From an uncultured Planctomycetota bacterium (GTDB taxonomy: Bacteria > Planctomycetota > Planctomycetia > Isosphaerales > Isosphaeraceae), in the NCBI GenBank assembly GCA_963737655.1, contig CAVTTN010000002.1:2656001-2720000 (forward strand): DNA of 64,000 nucleotides. Reading direction: 5' to 3'. Position numbers and translations under genes: made by a program. The notes beneath the pieces are model-generated. The model did no database searches. It saw nothing but the letters and a program-made list of their open reading frames with translations, and was not told where the DNA came from. Shown in pieces: positions 21,664-29,651 of this stretch (the first letter of the stretch is position 1; each line of letters opens with the position of its first letter).

Positions 21664-21693
21664 ATCTTACCCAGAGGGCAGCTTCCGCTGCAA
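21664..21693 (-). promoter_or_regulatory. Putative promoter/operator of the TA-like pair
   Basis: TTGCAG-N18-TAAGAT on the minus strand, overlapped by the palindrome GCAGC-TTCC-GCTGC. Confidence 0.45.
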
Positions 21694-21745
21694 ACTCGTC
21701 GTCCGCCCCTTCGGTCCTCGTCCACCTTGTCCCGACCGAACCTCA

Positions 21746-21940
21746 GGGCGGAAAAGGGTACGGGGGGGCGGAAAAGGCGACGGGGGAAATTATCAAAAGG
21801 GAACGGAGCGTTGGAGCGGAAGAGGAGGTGGAGTCAAGAATTCCCTCCGTCCCCTTTTCCACTCCCGTCCCCTTTTCCACTCCTCGTCCCCTTTTCCACT
21901 CCTCCGTCCCCTTTTCCACTCGTCGTCCCCTTTTCCACTC
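21746..21940. repeat. REP-like site 2: degenerate left arms and five tandem right arms
   Basis: GGGCGGAAAAGG(G/C)(T/G)ACGGGG x2 (21746-21793), a spacer, then CGTCCCCTTTTCCACTC x5 with 18-20 nt periods. Confidence 0.95.
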
Positions 21941-22176
21941 GTGCGGGATTGGAAACCGAGATCGTGATGCCGCTTTCCCCGAAACTCTGCCTCCACGGCA
22001 GCCACCAGCCAACGAATAATTACTCGTACGTGGAGGCCAAGCAGAAGGTCATCCGCGAGATCAATAAGCGGATCGTGAGTCAGGCCACCCGATTCGTCTA
22101 CGCGCCTGACAAGCCGACGTGGCTGCCCCCGCTTCAGGCCCGGAAGGATTTGGGCGTGATGCGGATCGGGTGGTGA
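21941..22176 (+). pseudogene. C-terminal fragment of a DUF4238-like gene, truncated at the repeat
   Basis: GLETEIVMPLSPKLCL...VIREINKRIVSQATRFVYA resembles DUF4238 C-termini (PlSP..l, iN..i...A.rfvy). The frame starts directly at the last repeat copy. Confidence 0.5.
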
Positions 22177-22181
22177 TTCCC

Positions 22182-22880
22182 TCAATCGCGCTTCGACCGC
22201 ACGGCGTCGATCTCGCAGCCGTGCAGATAGTAAACCCCGTACACGCTCGCCAATTGTCCATCGAGGCGGGCGCGGGTCTGGTTGATGAGTTCGGATCGCC
22301 ACCGCCTCGGAAGGTGGCTCCAGGTGTCCACCCTGACGAGGATCGCGGTGAGCGGGTCGTACCGGCCCGACAGCACTTTCCTTTCCGCCCTCTCCAATGC
22401 GACTGCGATCCAGCCGTCGTACTGCTCCGCCATATCCGCCATGCGCAATGGGCGTAGCATTTTCTTCTTCCCGACCGTCTGCGACAGGGCGGGCCGATGG
22501 ACCGTGCCGTTCTCGGCCAACTGCTGGCGGGCGAACACGGTTTCCTCGGTTTCGGTGGTGGTGACCTCCACCCTGATTTCGAGAGGCCTGAACCCGGCTA
22601 CGCGCAGCGTGGCATCGTACGGCTGGCCGCCCGTCAGGCACCGGATGAAGACGTCCTGCATCGGCGCGACGAACCGCAGGCCAAGGTAGCCGACCGGAAT
22701 TACCTCCTCGATGAGCTTTTTGACGTTCCTTCCGCTCTGGTTGAAGTAGATCGAGTCGAAATCCGGGGTGGCTTCCATCGCGTTGAATTGCGCGTTGATC
22801 CACCGCCACATTTCAAAGATGTGCCGCTCCTGCTCGTAATCGGCGGTCTCGATTTCGAAGGGAGGAGCGACCATATGCAT
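22182..22880 (-). CDS. Hypothetical protein, possibly PD-(D/E)xK nuclease-like
   Basis: Globular ORF of about 232 aa containing KKLIEEV...PYDA...RVEVT. Start set at MHMVAPP; the ORF track extends it to 22976. Confidence 0.6.
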   Translation of the reverse strand: MHMVAPPFEIETADYEQERHIFEMWRWINAQFNAMEATPDFDSIYFNQSGRNVKKLIEEVIPVGYLGLRFVAPMQDVFIRCLTGGQPYDATLRVAGFRPLEIRVEVTTTETEETVFARQQLAENGTVHRPALSQTVGKKKMLRPLRMADMAEQYDGWIAVALERAERKVLSGRYDPLTAILVRVDTWSHLPRRWRSELINQTRARLDGQLASVYGVYYLHGCEIDAVRSKRD

Positions 22881-23058
22881 GCACTCGGCTTGCGTGGTGG
22901 GTTTCGCCTTGAGTATACGGAACAACAGGGGTGGCGGAAAGGGAAGACACCGGGCAGGCGAGTTCGCGAGGCTCAACTTCCCGATGGCGGCATAGCTGTA
23001 CCAATCGGGGTGCCGCGTCGCCCCACACCTCTCGCCCGCACGATTTGGTACAGCGATT

Positions 23059-23551
23059 GGGATGGGAAAAGGGGACGGGGATGGGAAAAGGGGACGGAGG
23101 AAATTCTCGGCGTTTCGTTCCTCAAGATGCGGGAAAACGGGATGTCAGGCAAGTCCACATTCAACTTTCCAAAGCATATTTCTCTCCGTCCCGAATGCCA
23201 TGAACGTCCCGAATGCCATGAAGTTAAGGGTTAGTCGTTGCCATTTCGGGGGCTGCGCCCGGGGGCGTCGAATTCCTTAGAGGTTGTCGCTTGTGGACTC
23301 TAGGGGCTTGCTGAACTATGGCCTCGGGAATTCGCGGTTCGGCCAAGTTGCGGACGCCGACCGGATGCTCGAAGGGATTCGGCGTCCCCGGGGCAGCACC
23401 CGAAATGGCAACGACTAACCATTAACTTCATGGCATTCCTCTCCGTCCCCTTTCGCCGTCCTCGTCCCCTTTCGCCGTCCTCCGTCCCCTTTCGCCGTCC
23501 TCGTCCCCTTTCGCCGTCCTCCGTCCCCTTTCGCCGTCCTCGTCCCCTTTC
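23059..23551. repeat. REP-like site 3: two left arms; right arm split by a MITE and followed by six tandem copies
   Basis: GGGATGGGAAAAGGGGACG x2 (23059-23105). CTC(C)GTCCCCTTTCGCCGTC x5 plus a partial copy (23441-23551), alternating 20 and 19 nt. Confidence 0.95.
23211..23438. mobile_element. Non-autonomous MITE with IS4-like ends
   Basis: Imperfect terminal inverted repeats of about 70 bp beginning GAATGCCATGAAGTTAA(G/T)GGTTAGTCGTTGCCATTTCGGG. Direct repeat CTCTCCGTCCC at 23182-23192 and 23439-23449. No ORF in the track. Confidence 0.85.
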
Positions 23552-23613
23552 TCACTCACGACCTCCTCCCGCCAGGTCGGACCGGGCCTGATGCCGGGGC
23601 GAAGGCGGGCGGT

Positions 23614-24714
23614 TCACTTCATAACGATCTTGAACAGGTCGAGGTCGCCACCGCCGGGCGTGACCGTTCCCACGAAGGAGCAGCCCGTCGCGGACGTCTT
23701 CATGTTCTGCCAGGTCGTGTCCTGGTAACCCGTCGCCGTCTTGGTCCGGATCATCTGCTGGCTCCGCTCCGTCGAGGCGTGGAGGAGGTAGCCCCCGTCG
23801 GCCAGCGACTGCCAATCCACGTTACGGACCCACGCCGAGCAGACGATCTGGATCTCGGGCCTGTCGCTCAAGGGGTCGCCCAGCACTTCCTTCTCCAGGA
23901 CTCCTCGATTGTGGTCGAAACAGATCTCGAACCCGAAGTGGATGCCCCCTATCTGCTTCCTCCCCGTCTTGCACCCCGGAGGCGAGATATGAAACTCAGA
24001 ATCGTCTTTCTGGACGCCATGCAACTCCTTGTATCCCGCCTTCTTGACGTACTTGTGTTCCAGGTCCCCGTTGAGGAATACATACGCTTGATTTTTATAA
24101 ATATAAGATCCGACAAGAAAGAGGTCCGACTCCCGGGCCACGTGTTTGGCGAGCTTGTATTGCTTCTTGAAATCGGCCTCCGAGTCGGCGTTCTGCGTGC
24201 CGATCTGGGTCTTGAATTGCTTGAACTTCGCCGGGAGCTTCTCCGTTCGTGCGCCCTTGAACTTCTCGCCCAGCGGGATTCCGTCGGAGTCGAGCTCCAC
24301 CTCATTCCGAATGGTCGCGGCGGACTTCACCCTGGAGGGATTGCGGTTCTCGGCCCGTTCCATGGACTTGCGGAACGCGACCGTCCCCGGAACGAAAAGG
24401 ATCCCCTTCGCGGATCGGCTCATCGCCTGGAGCCTGATCAGGATCTCGTCCTTGTAGTTCTCCTCGATCGGATAGTCTGAGGTCTTGTTCCCCCCGAGAT
24501 TGATCTGCTTGCTCACCATGTATTCCGGTGCGACGAAGATGCCCTTGATTGTGTTGAGGGACGGGTTGGTCTTTGCGGCGAAGAGCATATTCTCCTGGAT
24601 CGATTCTTCGAACTTCCACAGTGCATTTCCGAGGCACTTCAATCGATCATCGATGCTCTTCTCTCGCATTTTATGACCGAGGGAGTAGAGGCCCACAAAG
24701 ATCAAGGTGCTCAT
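23614..24714 (-). CDS. Divergent carbon-nitrogen hydrolase (nitrilase superfamily)-like protein
   Basis: IFVAPEY (Glu), HKYVKK (Lys) and FEICFDH (Cys) in the order of the nitrilase triad. Lys-rich, with lower GC than core genes. Confidence 0.65.
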   Translation of the reverse strand: MSTLIFVGLYSLGHKMREKSIDDRLKCLGNALWKFEESIQENMLFAAKTNPSLNTIKGIFVAPEYMVSKQINLGGNKTSDYPIEENYKDEILIRLQAMSRSAKGILFVPGTVAFRKSMERAENRNPSRVKSAATIRNEVELDSDGIPLGEKFKGARTEKLPAKFKQFKTQIGTQNADSEADFKKQYKLAKHVARESDLFLVGSYIYKNQAYVFLNGDLEHKYVKKAGYKELHGVQKDDSEFHISPPGCKTGRKQIGGIHFGFEICFDHNRGVLEKEVLGDPLSDRPEIQIVCSAWVRNVDWQSLADGGYLLHASTERSQQMIRTKTATGYQDTTWQNMKTSATGCSFVGTVTPGGGDLDLFKIVMK

Positions 24715-25305
24715 GAGGGTCTCCGCCTGGAGTTCCGGCGCGATCGATCGGGCGTGAAGGGGAGGGTCGGATCACGGGACGGGTCGGCGTCGGAGCGGGA
24801 CCTCGTCGTCGATCGCCGAAATTGTCCACAGATCGTAGATGAATGCTAGCGCATTCTCCAGGACTCGGAAAAGGAAGCAAAAGGAGGTCAGATCCGTAAG
24901 CAAAAGGAGGTCAGGAGCGAATGGCACAAAGCGAAGCGAAAACCTCTGGTGCATCAGCAGTTAGAGCAGATTCCCGGCATGTTTCCGAGAATGAATGCTC
25001 GCATGCGCACGAACCGATCAATTCATGATGTCTGGTATATTGCTGTATATTTGATACATTTCACGTCTGCATTATATTCAGGAACAATAGCCGGGCATGA
25101 GTTGGAAACTTAATCGAGTTAAGGTTTTGCGCCTTCCTTTAGTGCCATTCGCTCCTGACCCCTTGTCACGCTCGGCCGCTTGACCTCCAGGATCAAGAGG
25201 TACACCCCTAGACCCGTTGTTCACGGGCGGGCCGATGCGTCGAGCGGCTGGTCCGGCTAGACTGGGACGGTTCTCGCTGGAACCTGGACCCGGTGGACCT
25301 TCGCC

Positions 25306-27318
25306 ATGAGCGTGCGTGTTGTCGCCTTCGCCCTCCTTGCTGGCCTTTCGTGTTCGGTCGCGATGGCCCAGGCGCCCGCTCCGGCGAAGCGGTTCACCCC
25401 TTCGGATGCCGACCTGGCCAACCTGGCCTCGAAGATGGACCAGCTTGAGACGCTCTTGAACGAGGCGAAGGCGAAATTCCTCGGGGATGACGCCGTACGT
25501 GGCCCCGACGCCCTCGCAGATGCCGCCGTGTTCCTCCACGCGGGACGCCGGATCGTCCGGCTTGGCGAGTTCTTCCAGGAAGACTCTGCGGCGAGGACCG
25601 TCGAGGCCCTCAAACTGGGCGAATCGCGGGCCCGGGACCTTGCCGAGGGGAAGCATCCGTGGGCGTCGGCCAGGGGCGGCGTCGCCCGGGGCTATGTCTC
25701 GAAGGTGGATGGCTCGATCCAGCCGTATGCGGTTTACGTCCCCGAGGCTTATGACGGCTCGAAGAAGGTCCGGCTCGACGTGGTCCTCCACGGCCGGGAC
25801 GCGAGCTTGACCGAGGTCAAGTTCCTCCTGGCCCATCAGGGGAAGCCCATGCCCGAGGGGGAATCGGGCCTGGTCCTCCACGTCTTCGGCCGGGGGAACA
25901 ACGCCTATCGCTGGGTCGGCGAGACCGACGTCTTCGAGGCCATCGAGGCCGTGAAACGGAACTACCTCGTCGATGACTTGCGGGTCGTCCTCCGGGGGTT
26001 CTCGATGGGAGGCGCCGGCGCCTGGCATCTCGGCCTGCATCACCCCTCGGACTGGTGCGCCGTCGAGGCCGGCGCGGGGTTCTCCGAGACGAAGGCGTAC
26101 GCGAAGCTCAAGGAACTGCCGGACTACCAGGAAAAGGCCCTGCACATCTACGACGCCGTGGACTACGCCCGAAATGCCTGGATCGTCCCGATCGCCGGAT
26201 ACGGGGGCGAGGACGACCCTCAGAAGAAGGCTTCGGAGAATATCGAGGAGGCGTTGAAGGCCCTCGGCGTGACGATGAAGACCGAGGGACTCGTGACGAA
26301 GGCCGAGGGGATCGACTTCCTCCGGGTCGTCGGCGCGAAGACCGGGCACCGGGTCGACCCCGAGAGCGCGAAGGTCCTCAAGGCGTTCCGCGACGACCAC
26401 GCGGCGAAGGGCCTGGACCTGTTCCCGAAGCACGTCCGGTTCGTCACGTATACCCTCAAGTACAACGACGCCGAATGGCTGTCGGCCCAGGGCCTGTTCG
26501 AGCATTACAAGCCGGCGACGATCGAGGCGACGATCGAGGGGGACGTGGCCACGGTGACGGCCGAGAACGTGGCGGTCCTCGGCGTCGAGAGGCAGGCGGC
26601 CGAGACGATCAAGCTGGATGGCCAGGTGTTGCCGTTGCGGACGGCCGTCCGCGGGCTCCTGCCGAACGTCTATTTCCGCAAGATCGAAGCCGGCTGGGAG
26701 ACGCTCGATTACGACCAGTCCCGCGCGTTCCAGGAGAACACCGCCGGGGGCAAGAGGCACAATCTCCAGGGGCCGATCGACGACGCGTTTACCTCCGCGT
26801 TCCTCGTGGTGAGGCCGACCGGGACGCCCTGGAACCCGAACGTGGGGGAATGGTCCAAGGCCCGGATCGACCGATTCGTCGCCGAATGGGCCGAATTCGC
26901 CCGCGCCGAGCTTCCGATCAAGGACGATTCGCAGGTCTCCCCCGAGGACATCGAGACCAAACACCTGATCCTCTTCGGCGACCCCGGCTCCAACGCCGTG
27001 ATGGCCCGGGTGATCGGCAGCTTGCCGCTGTCGTGGACGAAGACCGAACTGTCGCTCGGGGGCAAGTTCCCGTCGGCCGACCACGTCCCCGCCCTGATCG
27101 CCCCGAACCCGCTGAATCGGCTGAAATACGTGGTCCTGAACAGCGGGCCGACCTTCGGCGCGAAGGAATTCCAGGGGACCAATGCCCTGTTGTTCCCCCG
27201 TCTGGGAGACTGGGCGGCCCTGCGGATCGGCAGCCGGACCGAATCGGCCGAGACCTCGGGGTTTTTTGATGAACGCTGGCGGATGCCGCCGGGGACCGCT
27301 CCGAAAATCCGGGACTAA
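25306..27318 (+). CDS. Secreted alpha/beta-fold serine hydrolase/peptidase
   Basis: Signal peptide, DGSIQPYAVYVP, VVLHG and the nucleophile elbow GFSMGG. Confidence 0.85.
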   Translation: MSVRVVAFALLAGLSCSVAMAQAPAPAKRFTPSDADLANLASKMDQLETLLNEAKAKFLGDDAVRGPDALADAAVFLHAGRRIVRLGEFFQEDSAARTVEALKLGESRARDLAEGKHPWASARGGVARGYVSKVDGSIQPYAVYVPEAYDGSKKVRLDVVLHGRDASLTEVKFLLAHQGKPMPEGESGLVLHVFGRGNNAYRWVGETDVFEAIEAVKRNYLVDDLRVVLRGFSMGGAGAWHLGLHHPSDWCAVEAGAGFSETKAYAKLKELPDYQEKALHIYDAVDYARNAWIVPIAGYGGEDDPQKKASENIEEALKALGVTMKTEGLVTKAEGIDFLRVVGAKTGHRVDPESAKVLKAFRDDHAAKGLDLFPKHVRFVTYTLKYNDAEWLSAQGLFEHYKPATIEATIEGDVATVTAENVAVLGVERQAAETIKLDGQVLPLRTAVRGLLPNVYFRKIEAGWETLDYDQSRAFQENTAGGKRHNLQGPIDDAFTSAFLVVRPTGTPWNPNVGEWSKARIDRFVAEWAEFARAELPIKDDSQVSPEDIETKHLILFGDPGSNAVMARVIGSLPLSWTKTELSLGGKFPSADHVPALIAPNPLNRLKYVVLNSGPTFGAKEFQGTNALLFPRLGDWAALRIGSRTESAETSGFFDERWRMPPGTAPKIRD

Positions 27319-27466
27319 CCACTTGCATCGGGGCGTTCGGTCGTCATACTAGGACGTGATTGCATGCACCGGCCGGAGCAGGCCGGGGCCTTCGTGGGAG
27401 GGTTGGGCCCGACTCGTCGAGAGGGCCTCGGGATCGGTCCGCGGGCGACCTGGGAGAGATCCGACG

Positions 27467-28565
27467 ATGTTCGAGCGACCGAGTCGAGCGGAGGCGGGCC
27501 GGAGGCGGTCCGCCCTGGAAGCGAGTCCTCATTGCGAGCCCCTGGAAGGCCGGACCCTGATGGCCGCCTCCCCGGTGGCGAGCACCTCGCCGGCCCTCGT
27601 CCTGATCAATCCGGGAGGACCGTCGATCAGCCCCGCGCTGCTCCAGGCGGTCAATCAGTTCATCAACGACTTCGACGGGTTCGCCAACTCGGGCAAGCTG
27701 GCCCAGGCCGGGGCCACCCTGCAATCGGACCTCGCCGCGATCACCCTCGCGGCCGGGGCCCCGGGGGCGAGGGCCGTGGGCGTCCTGTCCAACGACGTCA
27801 ACTCGATCGTCGAGGGCGGGACGTTCAACCAGCAACAGGCCACCCTGCTCAACGGCGACCTCGCCGGGGTGCTCGGCGTCCCGGGCCTGACCCTGGCGGC
27901 GATCACGTCCAGCATCGGCGGGCCGGTCACGGCGAACCGGGTCGCGGGCCTCCCGCCGACGGAGCTCAACCAGGTCCTGACCGACATCAACGCCGTGGGG
28001 ACCGCCACCTCCCAGGTCCCCAGAGGCCAGAGCGGCGGAGAGGCCGCGACGACCTCATCGCCCCTGAGCCCTGCCGGGACGCTCACGCCCTCCCCGGCCC
28101 CGGGCGCCTATTCCCGGCTTTTGGATGACCTGAAGACGATCCTGGGCAAGTCGCGAGGGGCTCTCGCCGGCCCAGGCCAACGCCGTCCGCAACGACTTCG
28201 CGGCGATCTCGGCCGTCGGCCATCAGCCCGACGCCCAGGCCGTCGCCAGCCTCCGGGCCGACCTCGCCCAGGCCGCCGCCGTCGGCCGGCTGTCGTCGAA
28301 CCTCAAGACGAAGGTCTCGCAGGACTTCTCGGCCGTCCTGAAGTCCTCCGGAGTCGCCCCGGGGCTGGTCCACCGCTCCTCTCAGGACCTCAACGCCGTC
28401 CTCCACTCGCCGGACCTCGCCCCGGCCGACCTGAAAACGCTGATCGAGGACCTGCTCTCGGTCCTCTCGGCCCGGCCCTCGGCCTCTTCCTCCGGCTCCG
28501 CGACCCCAGCCCTCCGAAGCGGCCTCGGCGCCTGGTTCGTCGGCGGCAAGCCGATCGGCTCGTGA
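27467..28565 (+). CDS. Hypothetical extracellular helical protein with a LEPRxLL-type leader; frameshift near 28160
   Basis: CEPLEGRTLMA leader. Removing one G from the run at 28157-28160 continues into SPAQANAVRNDFAAIS...GKPIGS-stop (TGA 28563-28565). Confidence 0.65.
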
Positions 28566-28657
28566 TCGGCCACCATGAATCCCAGGAGTCTGCCCATCGT
28601 TGATGGATGGGTCGTTGTCCGAATCGTGTAGGGTCCGCTCTTGCGGACCCTGCAGGA

Positions 28658-29131
28658 CTAGGGGCCGATCGGGTCTCCGGGAGCGGATTGGCCGTTGCTG
28701 GAGCCGGCGCGGCGGCGGCGGACCTCGGCTTCCAGGACGGCCCGGCGTTCCTCGATCAGGGCCCGGCGGTGGCGGAGGGCGTAGGCGCGATTGGCGAGCC
28801 AGTCGATCAGGGCGAGGGTCAGGAGGACGAAGACCAGGCCGATCACGCCGATCCAGACCCAGGCGAACAGCTTGCCCGAGGCCCGATCGACGGGCTTCGT
28901 CGGCATCAGCGACAGCCCGACGAACATCCCGAGAGAGACCAGACCCATCAGGAACGAGCCCAGCAACCGCCTGCGGTCCTTCCGGGCGAAATGGGCCCGA
29001 TCGGCCTCGGAGAGTTCGACCGATCGCCTTGCCCGTTCGGCCCACTGGCGATAGGCGAAGGTCGCGGCGATCAGGAGGACCGCCGAGGCGATCACCCTTC
29101 CCTCGGTCAGGCCGGTCCGCGAGCCGGCCAT
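28658..29131 (-). CDS. Hypothetical membrane protein (3 TM)
   Basis: Three hydrophobic segments; start is coupled to the upstream regulator's stop (TGATG). Confidence 0.75.
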   Translation of the reverse strand: MAGSRTGLTEGRVIASAVLLIAATFAYRQWAERARRSVELSEADRAHFARKDRRRLLGSFLMGLVSLGMFVGLSLMPTKPVDRASGKLFAWVWIGVIGLVFVLLTLALIDWLANRAYALRHRRALIEERRAVLEAEVRRRRAGSSNGQSAPGDPIGP

Positions 29132-29523
29132 CACGGGGTCTCCGAGGAAGAAGGAACCGGACAGGCGCCGGCGGGCTCGGAATCGCCCCGTCGCTGGTGG
29201 GCGAGGCCCCATCGACACATCAACTCGGTGATCGGGCGGAGGGTCTGGCCGTAAGGGGTCAGCGAGTATTCGACCCGGGGCGGGACTTCGGCGAAAACCG
29301 CCCGGCCGACGATCCCATCGGCCTCAAGCTCGCGGAGCTGCTGGGCCAGGACGCGCTCGCTGATCCCGGAAAGCTTCTTGCGAAGCTCGCTGAACCGAAG
29401 AGTGCCCTCCTTCAGCCAGAACAGGATCAGGACCTTCCACTTGCCGCCGATCACACCCAGGGTCGCCTCGACCGGGCAGGCCGGCGACTTCCTCCGTTTC
29501 GCCGTCGGGCCGACACTGGCCAT
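29131..29523 (-). CDS. HxlR-family winged-helix transcriptional regulator
   Basis: CPVEATLGVIGGKWK...LRFSEL...LRELEADG...PPRVEYSLT. Confidence 0.93.
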   Translation of the reverse strand: MASVGPTAKRRKSPACPVEATLGVIGGKWKVLILFWLKEGTLRFSELRKKLSGISERVLAQQLRELEADGIVGRAVFAEVPPRVEYSLTPYGQTLRPITELMCRWGLAHQRRGDSEPAGACPVPSSSETP

Positions 29524-29533
29524 GCTGACTCCC

Positions 29534-29591
29534 AGGTTCGTATCGAACCTCCTCGTGCGTTCTTGAGGGCCTCGGCGTCCCAGCCTACAAT
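29534..29591 (+). promoter_or_regulatory. Promoter/operator of the divergent NmrA-like gene
   Basis: TTGAGG (29563-29568)-N17-TACAAT (29586-29591); palindrome AGGTTCG-TAT-CGAACCT at 29534-29550. Confidence 0.6.
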
Positions 29592-29651
29592 CCGCCCGCC
29601 CTGGGGGCCAGACGGCCGTTTGCTCGTTTTTTTCACGGAGGGAGACACGTC

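Noticed and set aside
22930..22952. GGCGGAAAGGGAAGAC as a further REP-like copy
   Set aside because: Too degenerate, unpaired and without tandem copies; it could be chance.
21839..23551. CRISPR array interpretation of the tandem repeats
   Set aside because: Units are 17-20 nt and abut directly with no unique spacers; no cas genes are in the window.
15100..25140. Classical integron
   Set aside because: There is no IntI tyrosine recombinase, and the palindromes lack the RYYYAAC...GTTRRRY attC cores. The adjacent enzyme is an HUH/Y1 transposase.
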